A stretch of DNA of 64,000 nt from Bacteroidales bacterium (GTDB taxonomy: Bacteria > Bacteroidota > Bacteroidia > Bacteroidales > WCHB1-69), in assembly GCA_045132235.1 (NCBI GenBank), contig JBGURX010000021.1, positions 8,604 through 72,603 on the forward strand, read 5' to 3'. The notes under the pieces were generated by a model. The model worked only from the letters and a program-made list of their open reading frames with translations, was not told the DNA's origin and did no database searches. A program made the position numbers and the translations under genes. Shown one piece after another: positions 27,085 through 36,897 of this stretch. Within the stretch, counting starts at the first letter, position 1, and every line of letters begins with the position of its first letter.

Positions 27085-27963
27085 TTACCTCAGCTCCTTT
27101 TCAATCACATTGTTGATGCGCGAGTAGATTTCGCCGGCCACGCGGGCGTTGTTCATCGTGTAGAGGTGGATACCGTCGGCGTCGTTGGCCAGCAGTTCGA
27201 GGATTTGGGTGATGCTGTAGGCCACGCCGATCTCGAACATGGCCTTGCGGTCCTCGCGGAAGCGGTCGAACAGCACGCGCAGCTCGAACGGGATGGTGGC
27301 GCCCGCCATGTTCATGATTTTGTTGAACAGGTTGGCGTTCACCAGCGGCATGATGCCCGGGATAATCGGGACGGTGATGCCCATCTTGCGGGCGGCGCGC
27401 ACGAGGCGATAGTAGTAGTTGTTGTCGTAAAACACCTGTGTGATAAAGAACTGTGCCCCTTGGTCCTGTTTAATTTTCAGGTTGACGAGGTCTTCGTAAA
27501 GACTCTCGCATTCGATATGTCCTTCCGGGTAGCACGCACCCGCCAGGCAGAAATTGTGCGAGCGGCGCAAGTGCTCCATCAGCTCGGAGGCATGCTGGAA
27601 GCTCTTGAGGTAGTCGCCGGTGTAGTCGGCGGGACGGTCGCCGCGGAGGGTCAGCACATTCTCCAACCCTTCATGCTCCAAAATATCGGCCAGCCGGTCC
27701 ACCTCTGTTGTGTCGAGCGCACCGCAGGTGAGGTGCACCAACGGCTCGGCGGTGGTGTGGTGTTTTACATAACTGGCCAAGTCAATGGTATTCTGGTTGT
27801 AATCACCTGATGATTTGAAGGTTACACTGATAAAGTCGGGGTTGTACTGCTGCAGGGCATCGATGGTGCCCAGCACATCACTCACCTTGCTGACAGCAGG
27901 GTTGGGCGGAAAAACTTCAAAGGAAAGCGTTTTTTTACGCTTTAAGATTTCACTGATTCGCAT
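27085..27963 (-). CDS. metF: Methylenetetrahydrofolate reductase
   Basis: 292 aa. SFEVFPP, FISVTF and the TIM-barrel MTHFR pattern (HLTC, LRGD) are present. Confidence 0.85.
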   Translation of the reverse strand: MRISEILKRKKTLSFEVFPPNPAVSKVSDVLGTIDALQQYNPDFISVTFKSSGDYNQNTIDLASYVKHHTTAEPLVHLTCGALDTTEVDRLADILEHEGLENVLTLRGDRPADYTGDYLKSFQHASELMEHLRRSHNFCLAGACYPEGHIECESLYEDLVNLKIKQDQGAQFFITQVFYDNNYYYRLVRAARKMGITVPIIPGIMPLVNANLFNKIMNMAGATIPFELRVLFDRFREDRKAMFEIGVAYSITQILELLANDADGIHLYTMNNARVAGEIYSRINNVIEKELR

Positions 27964-28018
27964 GATTCGACAAAATATTCAATAAAGATTCGTAAAAATG
28001 CAAGTTGCTTGCTGCTGA

Positions 28019-28462
28019 TTATTTGGAGAGATAGATGGTGAGGGTGGACTCTTCCACTTTCACAAACTCCTCTCCGAAGGTTCCCGACTCTTTCAGGTAG
28101 TCGGTGAGCTCGGTCTGCGTGAACTGGTAGCTGTTGAGGTTTTTGCCTTTGTGTTTCACCAGCTCTTCCACCGACAGGTCGAGCTGGCGGTTTGATTCGC
28201 GGAAGGCGGGGTTGAGGAGGGCGAACCCTCTGGCCTTGAAGGTGAGGCGGATGTCGGAAGAGACATCCGCCTTGTTCTTGCCCGCCGGCAGGTCGATGCA
28301 GTTCACCTTATAGTCGTAGGTGACCGTGTATTCGCGGGAGAGGGTGACAAACACCCATAGCATCGCACTGATAACCAGACAGATAATGAAAGCCAACGAG
28401 GGCATCTTCAGATGCCCCTGTCCGTTGATGATTTCCTGTCGGATCTGTTCGGCGGTTCTCAT
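28019..28462 (-). CDS. Hypothetical membrane-anchored protein (YbbR-like, tentative)
   Basis: One TM (LAFIICLVISAMLWVFV). It is the last gene of the nusB-DUF1573-yajC cluster. Confidence 0.6.
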   Translation of the reverse strand: MRTAEQIRQEIINGQGHLKMPSLAFIICLVISAMLWVFVTLSREYTVTYDYKVNCIDLPAGKNKADVSSDIRLTFKARGFALLNPAFRESNRQLDLSVEELVKHKGKNLNSYQFTQTELTDYLKESGTFGEEFVKVEESTLTIYLSK

Positions 28463-28468
28463 CGTGTA

Positions 28469-28786
28469 CTATTTAAGAGCTGCTTCGTTGAAGGCGATGG
28501 CCGTCTTGTCCACTTCGATGTGGGTGTTGTCCTCCACGGCGATGACGAAGGTCTGTTCGCGGATTTCCACAATCTTGCCATGGATGCCGCCTGCGGTGAC
28601 CACTTTGTCGCCTTTGGTGAGGGCTTCGCGGGCCTCCTGCAGTTTCTTCTGGCGTTTCTGCTGCGGACGGATCATGAAGAAGTAGAAAATGACGATGAGC
28701 AGCACAATCATACCGACGGTGGGAAGCCATGACATGGGTCCGCTGGGTTTCTGAGCTTGCTGTTGCAATAAGAAAAGGTAATTCAT
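28469..28786 (-). CDS. yajC: Preprotein translocase subunit YajC
   Basis: A single TM followed by IRPQQKRQKK ... GDKVVTAGGIHGKIVEI. Confidence 0.85.
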   Translation of the reverse strand: MNYLFLLQQQAQKPSGPMSWLPTVGMIVLLIVIFYFFMIRPQQKRQKKLQEAREALTKGDKVVTAGGIHGKIVEIREQTFVIAVEDNTHIEVDKTAIAFNEAALK

Positions 28787-28817
28787 AATGGGTAAAGTTT
28801 ATGGGTTATAAAAATGA

Positions 28818-29282
28818 TTACTGTTTGATGACGTGGGCTTTGATGGTGAGCACGGCGGGCGACGGGTAGGCGTTGGAGGCCACGCGCACCTTGTTCTCCA
28901 CATCCCCGTTTTTGGTTTTGGAGTCGAAAGTGACGTCGATTTTCCCTTTCTCGCCGGGTTTGATGGGGGCGCGGGGCGGGGTGGAGGTGGTGCAGCCGCA
29001 CGATGCGCTGGTGGAGGAGATGACCAAGGCCGAGTTGCCGGTATTGGTGAAGGTGAAGGTGTGGGTGAGCTTTTCGCCCTGCATCACGTTGCCGAAGTCG
29101 TAGGAGGTGTGGTCGAACTGTATCTTCGGACCGTTGGGGTCGGCTTTGGAGGCTTTTCCGTCCTTGGTGTCGGCGGTGGCGGGAATGTTCACCACCGATT
29201 GGTTCTCCTTGCTGCCACAACCCGACAGGAGGGCGACGGAGAACAGCATCACAATCCCTACAAATATTTTTAATTTATTCAT
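28818..29282 (-). CDS. DUF1573 domain lipoprotein
   Basis: Lipobox LLSGC. FDFGNVMQGEKLTHTFTFTNTGNSALVI ... CGCT is the DUF1573 signature. Confidence 0.8.
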   Translation of the reverse strand: MNKLKIFVGIVMLFSVALLSGCGSKENQSVVNIPATADTKDGKASKADPNGPKIQFDHTSYDFGNVMQGEKLTHTFTFTNTGNSALVISSTSASCGCTTSTPPRAPIKPGEKGKIDVTFDSKTKNGDVENKVRVASNAYPSPAVLTIKAHVIKQ

Positions 29283-29295
29283 TACTAATAATTTA

Positions 29296-30276
29296 CTAAT
29301 TCAAGCTGCGATCCAAAAGGCCTCTTCCCTGCTTGTTGAGGCGACCCTCTTCGCGCAGTTCCCGTGCAATTTTATCTACCAGTCCGTTGATGAACAGGCC
29401 GCTCTTTTCGGAGCCGTAGGTGCGGGCAATGTCGATGTATTCGTTGATGGTCACCTTGGTGGGGATGCTGGGGAACTCCATCAGCTCGCACACGGCCATC
29501 TTCATCAGAATCATGTCGGTTTCGATGATGCGGTCGCTCTCCCAGTTCTTGAGGTTGGCCTCGATCATTTTCTGGTATTCGGCATCGTTTTTGATGGTGA
29601 GTTTATAAAGGTTTTTGTAGAAAAGCACATCCTCGGTCTCGTCTTTGTAGAGCGGCGACATCTTCACCTGCTCCTGCGAGGCTTTCCAGAAGTTGATGCC
29701 TTGATACACCTGCAGCAGCGCGTCGTTGTAGTCGTCGAACCAGTGCACAAACTTCTCCTCGAAATACCAGTGCAGCAGCTCGCTTTCGGCGAACACCTTT
29801 TCCAAGATGGTGAGGATGAGCTCCTTGTCGGCCTTGTAGTTGGTGTCGGGAGCGGTCATGTAGGCCTGATATTCGGGAAGTGCCTCAATCTGGTTGAACA
29901 GGTTGATGATGAGCTCTTTGTTCTCCACCCAGTTGATTTTGAGGGAGCGCCAGTAGCGGTTGAGCTGGTCGCACGTCTCCATCTGCCGGATGACGCGGTT
30001 CTCCACAAAGCGGGTGTTGGGGTTCAGGTCCTCCTCGGTCGGGAAGATTTTGTTTTTGCGGTCTTCCTGTTTGGTTTCAATATAATGTTTGATTTCAGGG
30101 AAGATGGAGTAGAAGTAAACGGAGAGCACTTCGCACTGCCGGATGGAGTCTTCCAATTGCTTTTCGCCCATATACAGCTGTGTATCAGGGTTGGCCTGGC
30201 GGGCGTAGAGGGCCTGCATCACTTTGATTCTCAAATATCTTCTGCTAATCATACTCTTTGACAAATTAGGCTGCAA
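29296..30276 (-). CDS. nusB: Transcription antitermination factor NusB (long Bacteroidota form)
   Basis: C-terminal NEYIDIARTYGSEKSGLFINGLVDKI NusB signature. A TACTTTTG box (minus strand) lies at about 30270. Confidence 0.8.
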   Translation of the reverse strand: MQPNLSKSMISRRYLRIKVMQALYARQANPDTQLYMGEKQLEDSIRQCEVLSVYFYSIFPEIKHYIETKQEDRKNKIFPTEEDLNPNTRFVENRVIRQMETCDQLNRYWRSLKINWVENKELIINLFNQIEALPEYQAYMTAPDTNYKADKELILTILEKVFAESELLHWYFEEKFVHWFDDYNDALLQVYQGINFWKASQEQVKMSPLYKDETEDVLFYKNLYKLTIKNDAEYQKMIEANLKNWESDRIIETDMILMKMAVCELMEFPSIPTKVTINEYIDIARTYGSEKSGLFINGLVDKIARELREEGRLNKQGRGLLDRSLN

Positions 30277-30356
30277 AAGTACATAAAATCTTTCATTCTT
30301 TTCCCATTATTTCAGGAAAATCGTGTAATTTTGCACCCTCAATTCAAAAATAGTAT

Positions 30357-31082
30357 ATGGGAAATGAAGTACGGATGGGAGAATTTCAGATTCTTCCGCC
30401 AGTGGTTAAGAATTTACTGATTATCAATGCGCTCTTTTACTTGGCCGATGTGGTGTTCGGATTCAAAGGGATTGAATTGACCGATTGGCTGGGATTGCAC
30501 TATTTCAAGGCTCCCGACTTTGCCATCTGGCAGCCGGTGACCTATATGTTCATGCACGCCAATTTCGGGCATCTGTTCTTCAACATGTTCGCCTTGTGGA
30601 TGTTCGGGGCGGCCATCGAGAACTACTGGGGCACCAAGCGGTTTCTCGTCTTCTATTTTGTGGCGGGCATCGGCGCGGCCATCGTGTATGAGGCATGGCA
30701 GTACATCGACTTCACTTTCGTGAAGCATCTCTGGGATTATCAATTGGTACAAGTTTCACAATATCAGTCAATCACCGTTCAGGAGTATCTCAATTATTTC
30801 ACCTTGGTGGGTGCTTCGGGTGCGGTGTACGGACTGCTGCTCGCTTTCGGCATGTTGTTCCCCAACTCGCTCATCTACCTCTATTTCCTCATCCCCATCA
30901 AAGCCAAATGGTTTGTGCTGATTTTTGGTGGTATCGAAGTTTTGTACTGCGTTTTCGCCTCCGGTGACGGTATTGCCCATATCGCTCACCTCGGCGGCAT
31001 GCTTTTTGGATTTTTCCTTATTCTTTATTGGAAAAGAAAAGACAAGCGTAGAAATCCTTTTTATGAATATCCTTTTCAGTAA
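30357..31082 (+). CDS. Rhomboid family intramembrane serine protease
   Basis: GASGAVYGLL (catalytic Ser) and AHLGG (His) in a multi-TM protein. Confidence 0.85.
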   Translation: MGNEVRMGEFQILPPVVKNLLIINALFYLADVVFGFKGIELTDWLGLHYFKAPDFAIWQPVTYMFMHANFGHLFFNMFALWMFGAAIENYWGTKRFLVFYFVAGIGAAIVYEAWQYIDFTFVKHLWDYQLVQVSQYQSITVQEYLNYFTLVGASGAVYGLLLAFGMLFPNSLIYLYFLIPIKAKWFVLIFGGIEVLYCVFASGDGIAHIAHLGGMLFGFFLILYWKRKDKRRNPFYEYPFQ

Positions 31083-31116
31083 TCTGCATTCATAACCCTT
31101 TATCCTCCATATCCCT

Positions 31117-32271
31117 ATGGCAAAGAAAGAGTTGGTTAAAAAAGTTTTATTTTGGATTGTGTTGGCACTCAATATAGTAGCTGCACTGATGCTGCTGATG
31201 TCGTGGATGTCAGGTTTTGTACATCCCTCCATCTCGCGGCTGGTGGTGTTCTGCGGACTGGGTTTTCCCTATCTGCTGATCATCAACATCGCTTTTGTGC
31301 TGGTGTGGCTGTTTTTGGACTATCGTTTCTGCTTGCTTTCCATCGCTCTTATTTTATTGAATATTAATACGATAGATAAGCATTTTCAATTTCGGGGCGC
31401 GGATGTGCCGGAAAACTGTCCCAATGCCATCAAAGTGTTGAGTTACAATACGAACCTGTTCGGGTTGTATCAGGACAGTGACATGGGGCGGCGGCGTGCC
31501 GACTTGCAGGAGATTATCGGTTACCTGCAGGGAGTCAACCCCGACATTGCCTGTTTTCAGGAGTTTTTCTGGGACAAGAGCGAGACGTTGAATTTCCACA
31601 CGCGCGACCAGGTGGCGGCGCTGATGAATGTGGAGGAGACGCCGCAGCACTGCTACCTCTACTTCACCGACACGTCGCAGAGCAAGTATTTCTTCGGGGT
31701 GGCGATTTACAGCAAGTATAAGATTGTGGATGCCGGTCCGGTGCTGGACGACCGCAGCTCGAATGCGATCATCTATGCGGACATCAAGTTCCGCGAGGAT
31801 ACGGTGCGGGTGTATAACGCGCATCTGTCGTCGATACACATGAGTGCGACCGACTATGCCATCAGCCGGCAGCTGACCACCAATGCCGGACAGGACCCGA
31901 CTTTCGAGAAGAATGCGAAGAAGCTGTACCGCAAGGTGGCCGATGCCGCTGCCACCCGCCAGCAGCAGGCCGACTCGCTGCGCAGCCACATCGACCTGTG
32001 CCCCTATCCGGTCATCGTGTGCGGCGACTTCAACGACACGCCGGCCGGCTACTGCTACAACACCATCGCCCGCCATCTTGACGACAGCTTCCGCAAGAGC
32101 GGCAAAGGCCGCGGCATGACCTACCACGGCGGCTCCATGCCCAACTACCGCATCGACTACATTCTGCACTCGCCCTGTTACCTCTCCTACGGCTATACCG
32201 TCGGGAAAGAGATGGGCATCTCCGACCATTATCCTGTCACTTCCACCATCTCATTGTTGAAGAAAAAATAA
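31117..32271 (+). CDS. Endonuclease/exonuclease/phosphatase (EEP) family protein with N-terminal TM segments
   Basis: VLSYNTN, CFQEF, VCGDFND and SDHYPV are EEP motifs. Confidence 0.8.
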   Translation: MAKKELVKKVLFWIVLALNIVAALMLLMSWMSGFVHPSISRLVVFCGLGFPYLLIINIAFVLVWLFLDYRFCLLSIALILLNINTIDKHFQFRGADVPENCPNAIKVLSYNTNLFGLYQDSDMGRRRADLQEIIGYLQGVNPDIACFQEFFWDKSETLNFHTRDQVAALMNVEETPQHCYLYFTDTSQSKYFFGVAIYSKYKIVDAGPVLDDRSSNAIIYADIKFREDTVRVYNAHLSSIHMSATDYAISRQLTTNAGQDPTFEKNAKKLYRKVADAAATRQQQADSLRSHIDLCPYPVIVCGDFNDTPAGYCYNTIARHLDDSFRKSGKGRGMTYHGGSMPNYRIDYILHSPCYLSYGYTVGKEMGISDHYPVTSTISLLKKK

Positions 32272-32353
32272 ATGTTCGTGATAAGCAAAAATCCCGTATT
32301 TTTGCAGCCCTTTTGTAACAACCAATTTTATTCATTCTAATTCTTAAAATTTT

Positions 32354-34447
32354 ATGGAAGAAAAAGACCTTCTCCGCACGGAAAATGATGAAAATCAGCT
32401 TTCTAATGCGACTCCTGCTGCCGAAGAACCGGCGCAAGAACATGTAATTGAAGACACCACGGAACAGCAGACCGAGCCGGCTGTTGCCTCCGAAGAAACG
32501 GCTCAAACCCCGTCTGAGGAACCTGCCGCAGAGCCCGTTCAGGAAGAACAGGCTGAACCGGCACCTGCCGAGACTCCCGCCGAAGCCCCCGCTGCTGAAG
32601 CCGAGCCCGCAGGCGCACAGGCCATCATGGACGAGATTGAAAACGCCAATGCGGAACCCGAGACCGAAGAGGAGACCGAAATCCCCGAAGAGTCGGTGGA
32701 GCAGATTGAGGCCGAGTATGCGAATCTTTCGCTCGAAGAGGCCGTGGAAGAACTTCACCGCGTGGCCGCCGATCCCGACTACAATCGCATCAAACAGCGC
32801 GTGGGCGTGCTCCGTTCCAAAATCATCGCCCTGCTGAAAGAGGAGCGCAACCAGAAGTTGGAACAGTTCCTCGCTGAAGGCGGTCAGAAAGAAAATTTCG
32901 AACCCGAAAAGAGCGACCTCGAGCGCAAGTTCGACAACGCCCTCCAGATATTCAAAAACAACAAGAACAAATTCTTAGAAAATATTGAAGCCGAAAAGCA
33001 GCGCAACCTCGAGGCCAAGAACGGCATTATCGACGAATTGCGCCAGCTGCTGGAAGACAACGAGGCCAATCCGAAAAATCTGAAAGAGCTCAACGACAAG
33101 TTCAAAGAGCTGCAGGAGAGATGGAAAAGCGCAGGTCCCGTGCCGCAGAACGAGTCCAACAACCTGTGGCAGAACTATCATTTCTATGTGGAGAAATTCT
33201 TCGACATCCTCCGCATGAACCGCGAGCTCAAAGACCTTGACCTGAAGAAAAACCTCGAGCAGAAAATCAAACTCTGCGAGCAGGCAGAATCATTGTTGCT
33301 GCAGGATTCTATCAAGCAGTCGTTCAAAGAGTTGCAGGACTTGCACGAAAAGTGGAAAGAAATCGGTCCTGTGCCGGAGGACAAGAAAGAGGAGCTGTGG
33401 GAGCGTTTCAAGAATGCTTCCGACCAGATCAACCAGCGCCGCCGCGAGCACTACGAGCAGATCTATGCCGAGCAGCAGAACAACTACAACGCCAAGGTGG
33501 TGCTGTGCGAGCAGGCCGAGGAGGTTACCGCCCAGCCCGCCGAAACCGCCAAGGAGTTCAACGCCATCAGCGACCAGCTCACCGAGCTGCTGAAGGTGTG
33601 GAAGACCCTCGGCGCCGCACCTCCGAAGGTGAACGAGGAGATCTGGAACCGCTTCAAAGGAACTTTGGATAAATTCTTTGAAAAGAAGAAAGAGTTCTTC
33701 GGCAAAATCAAAGACGAGCAGCAGACCAACTACAACATGAAGGTGAACCTCGCCATCCGCGCCGAGGCCATCGCCAAGCGCACCGACTGGCGCGCCGCCA
33801 CCGACGAGATTCTTCAGCTCCAGAAGGAGTGGAAAGAGATTGGCGCCACCTCGCGCAAGCACTCCGAAGCCATCTGGAAACGCTTCCGCACCGCCTGCGA
33901 CCAGTTCTTCGAAGCCAAATCCAACTATTTCAACAACGCACAAGAAATTGAGGCTGAAAATCTTAAAAAGAAAGAAGACCTCATCGAGCGATTGAAGAAC
34001 CACGCTTTCGGCGCCGACCGCAACGAAAACCTCGAGGCCATCAAGGCTTACCAGCGCGAATGGACGGAGATTGGTTTTGTGCCCAAAAAGGAGAAAGACC
34101 GCATCTATGCCGCCTACCGCGAAGCCCTCGACCAGCGTTTCGCCGACCTGAAGATCAGCGCGGAAGACCGCAAGCGCGACAACTACCGCAGCCGCATCAA
34201 CAACATCCTCAGCGATCCCAACGCCGACCGTCTGCTCGACAAGGAGAAACGCTTCCTGATGAACAAACTCGACCAGCTGAAGAACGACATCTCCATCTGG
34301 GAGAACAACCTCGGTTTCTTCGCCAACTCGAAGAACGCCGACCTGCTGAAAGCGGAGTTCTCGAAGAAGATCGATGCCGCCAAGCAGGAGGTGAAAGAGT
34401 TGGAGTACAAGCTCAAGATGATGAACGAGAAGCCGAAGGAGGAGTAG
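32354..34447 (+). CDS. DUF349 domain-containing protein
   Basis: Five or more repeats of the W(K/T)xxG(P/A)xP helix pattern (ERWKSAGPVP, EKWKEIGPVP, KVWKTLGAAP, KEWKEIGATS, REWTEIGFVP). The N-terminus is an acidic Pro/Glu/Ala tract. Confidence 0.8.
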   Translation: MEEKDLLRTENDENQLSNATPAAEEPAQEHVIEDTTEQQTEPAVASEETAQTPSEEPAAEPVQEEQAEPAPAETPAEAPAAEAEPAGAQAIMDEIENANAEPETEEETEIPEESVEQIEAEYANLSLEEAVEELHRVAADPDYNRIKQRVGVLRSKIIALLKEERNQKLEQFLAEGGQKENFEPEKSDLERKFDNALQIFKNNKNKFLENIEAEKQRNLEAKNGIIDELRQLLEDNEANPKNLKELNDKFKELQERWKSAGPVPQNESNNLWQNYHFYVEKFFDILRMNRELKDLDLKKNLEQKIKLCEQAESLLLQDSIKQSFKELQDLHEKWKEIGPVPEDKKEELWERFKNASDQINQRRREHYEQIYAEQQNNYNAKVVLCEQAEEVTAQPAETAKEFNAISDQLTELLKVWKTLGAAPPKVNEEIWNRFKGTLDKFFEKKKEFFGKIKDEQQTNYNMKVNLAIRAEAIAKRTDWRAATDEILQLQKEWKEIGATSRKHSEAIWKRFRTACDQFFEAKSNYFNNAQEIEAENLKKKEDLIERLKNHAFGADRNENLEAIKAYQREWTEIGFVPKKEKDRIYAAYREALDQRFADLKISAEDRKRDNYRSRINNILSDPNADRLLDKEKRFLMNKLDQLKNDISIWENNLGFFANSKNADLLKAEFSKKIDAAKQEVKELEYKLKMMNEKPKEE

Positions 34448-35640
34448 TGTTGACACCGGCCGAGCTTATCCGACAGCATCTCAACGACGACATCTACACG
34501 CTGTCGGCACAGGACCGTTGGCACGAACCTTACGACAAGCGCTGGCTGCTCCAGCAGATCCAGTCGCGACAGAAAGCCAAGTCGAAGCTGCCGTCATGGT
34601 ACGGCAACTTCGACTTGCTGTTTCCGCCCCCCTTGTCGGTGGAGCAGTGCTCGTCGGAACTCACCGCCGGCTACAAGGCGGCCCTCGCGCACGGCGGCTC
34701 CCTTATCGACATGACCGGCGGGATGGGCGTGGACGCCGCCGCCTTCGCCCGCCGCTGCGACACCGTCACCTTCATCGAGCGGCAGCCCGATGTGGCCGAG
34801 ACCGCCCGCCACAACTTCCCCCTCCTCGGTCTCCGCAACATCGAAGTGGTTTGCGGCGACTCCACAGCGCTGCTGGCCAGCCTACCGCCCGCCGACCACA
34901 TCTACCTCGACCCCGCCCGCCGCAACGCCGGCCGCAAGGTATTCCGGCTGGAAGAGTGCGATCCCGACCTGCTGCAGCTGCTGCCCGCCTTGCGTACCCA
35001 TACCCGTCACCTGCTCGTGAAACTGTCGCCGCTCATCGACCTCACGCTGTTGCAGCGGCAGCTGCCCGGCATCACCACCCTACACATTCTGTCGGTGCGC
35101 AACGAGGTGAAGGAGGTGCTGGCGGAGGTGCGCTTCGACCTGCCGGCGGCACCCCCCGACATCGTGTGTGCCGAGCTGGCAGAACCCGCCCGCCAAGTAA
35201 CTTTCAGCGAGGAAGATAGAAGCGCTGGTAGCGTGCCGCTGGCTGAAACGGTCGGCCAGTACCTGTACGAGCCGCACCCCACGGTGATGAAATCGGGCCT
35301 GATGGATGTGCTGGCGGCAAGGTTCCACCTCAGTAAGTTGCATCCCCACAGCCACTTATACACCTCCACGAAGCTGGTGTCCGACTACTTTGGACGCGTG
35401 TTTGCCGTGCAGCGTGTGTTCGGCATGGGGAAAAAGGAGTTGAAAGAGGGGTTGGATGGCCTGGCGAAAGCTAACATCACCACGCGCAACTTCCCGCTGT
35501 CGGCGGAGGAAGTGCGAAAGAAACTGAAATTGAGCGATGGCGGGGCGGTCACCCTTTTCGCCACCACAATGGGCAGCAACCAGCATGTTTTGATTCGCTG
35601 CGAGGCGGTTACTCCATCTTCAGCGACTTGTAGCCGATGA
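34447..35640 (+). CDS. Class I SAM-dependent methyltransferase (THUMP-like associated family)
   Basis: SAM motif IDMTGGMGVDA and DHIYLDPARR. No ATG lies near the conserved N-terminus, so I infer a GTG (34447) or TTG (34450) start abutting the DUF349 stop. The ORF-track extension to 34060 overlaps the DUF349 gene. Confidence 0.7.
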   Translation: MLTPAELIRQHLNDDIYTLSAQDRWHEPYDKRWLLQQIQSRQKAKSKLPSWYGNFDLLFPPPLSVEQCSSELTAGYKAALAHGGSLIDMTGGMGVDAAAFARRCDTVTFIERQPDVAETARHNFPLLGLRNIEVVCGDSTALLASLPPADHIYLDPARRNAGRKVFRLEECDPDLLQLLPALRTHTRHLLVKLSPLIDLTLLQRQLPGITTLHILSVRNEVKEVLAEVRFDLPAAPPDIVCAELAEPARQVTFSEEDRSAGSVPLAETVGQYLYEPHPTVMKSGLMDVLAARFHLSKLHPHSHLYTSTKLVSDYFGRVFAVQRVFGMGKKELKEGLDGLAKANITTRNFPLSAEEVRKKLKLSDGGAVTLFATTMGSNQHVLIRCEAVTPSSATCSR

Positions 35641-36874
35641 GTCGGTCGTAGGCGCCGCCGTCATCCAACAGATAAAGCAAAATTACATACTCGTTGCTGG
35701 TTTCCCAGTGGCTGCCTTCGATATAGGTCTCATCAATTCGTTGGGAGTTGTCGGGCACAAATACATATTGATAGTTGTAAAAACCCTGTTTGAGGTAAAG
35801 ACTTGTCTCCCACGAGCTGATGGCGTTGTTGTACTGCATCTCCGCCTCCGGCACGATGCGCCAGTCGGTGAGCTGGCCGAACACATACACCTTGCCGCCC
35901 GTCAGCGGGTAGTCGGAGCGGAGGGTGAAGTAGGTGTGTACATACTCCTCGCGGTTCTCGCCCTCGAAATCCTCGGTTTTGTAGAAGCACCTGCCGGCGG
36001 CGGTGGTTCCCGACACGTAGGGACCGAAAGGCCGCGCCATATCCTCCAGCACGTAGGCCACGTTGCGGCCGCGTTCCAGTCCGCACGACACGATGCGGGT
36101 GCCGTTGTATTTCAGACTTTTGAGGTCAAAGGTGCGGAACTCGGAGCCGCCGTTGAACACGTTGCTGTTGTCGTCGTAGTCAAAGCTGTATTCGCCGGGC
36201 TTGCCGGAACGGTAGCGGAGGCCCATGATGGCATTGTCCCACCGGCCGTTCTGCACGATGGTGGCGTGGAGGTGTTGCGACGGGTTGCGGACGTTCCAGC
36301 TGCCCGTGTTGGCTACGAAGTCCACCTCCTGCTTCTCGTACATCACATTCACGTCGGAGGCGCGGTGCACCGAGGCGGTAATGCCTGCCTGCAGCGGCTC
36401 TATCACCATGAAACGGCGGGTGAGGACGGGATGGTCGGGCTCGTCTTCATATACATATAGAATATAGTTGCCCGACCGCGCGATGCGCATCAGCTCGCCC
36501 GGAAACTGGAGCTTATAGTGCACATAGTACTGCAGCGTGTTCATCGAGTAGCTGTATTCCGTGATCTCATCTTCCTGAAAACCATCTAAATACTCAATCT
36601 GGTTCATGCCGTCGAGTTGCCAGTCGTGCGTGCAGTGGATGAAGGTGTATTTGAAATAGCGCGGTTCGCCCTTCAGGTCGTCGAAGGTGAGGGTGAGGGG
36701 ATCGCCGCCCCGCAGTGTCATCACGGGGAAGCCTATCTGGTAATCGCCGCTGTAGAGCTGCACGCTGCTGATGTCGTCGGCATACACCATGTCGGTGAGC
36801 TGGATGGCGCTGAAATCCTGCGCCCGCAGCAGCGTGGCCGAAAGGAGCAGGACGAGGATGACGATTCTTTTCAT
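35609..36874 (-). CDS. DUF5103-like secreted protein (T9SS plug-protein family, tentative)
   Basis: Signal peptide and beta-rich sequence. The N-terminal YADDISSVQLY...DPLTLTFDDL pattern is recalled from the DUF5103 family. It overlaps the methyltransferase 3' end convergently by 32 nt. Confidence 0.65.
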   Translation of the reverse strand: MKRIVILVLLLSATLLRAQDFSAIQLTDMVYADDISSVQLYSGDYQIGFPVMTLRGGDPLTLTFDDLKGEPRYFKYTFIHCTHDWQLDGMNQIEYLDGFQEDEITEYSYSMNTLQYYVHYKLQFPGELMRIARSGNYILYVYEDEPDHPVLTRRFMVIEPLQAGITASVHRASDVNVMYEKQEVDFVANTGSWNVRNPSQHLHATIVQNGRWDNAIMGLRYRSGKPGEYSFDYDDNSNVFNGGSEFRTFDLKSLKYNGTRIVSCGLERGRNVAYVLEDMARPFGPYVSGTTAAGRCFYKTEDFEGENREEYVHTYFTLRSDYPLTGGKVYVFGQLTDWRIVPEAEMQYNNAISSWETSLYLKQGFYNYQYVFVPDNSQRIDETYIEGSHWETSNEYVILLYLLDDGGAYDRLIGYKSLKME

Positions 36875-36897
36875 AGTCTATATGGTAAATGGTTTGA

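Noticed and set aside
34060-34446. 5' extension of the methyltransferase ORF giving a 526-aa protein.
   Set aside because: The extension is Arg/Pro-rich and lies entirely inside the well-supported DUF349 gene in another frame. The conserved methyltransferase sequence begins right after the DUF349 stop, so a GTG or TTG start is more plausible.
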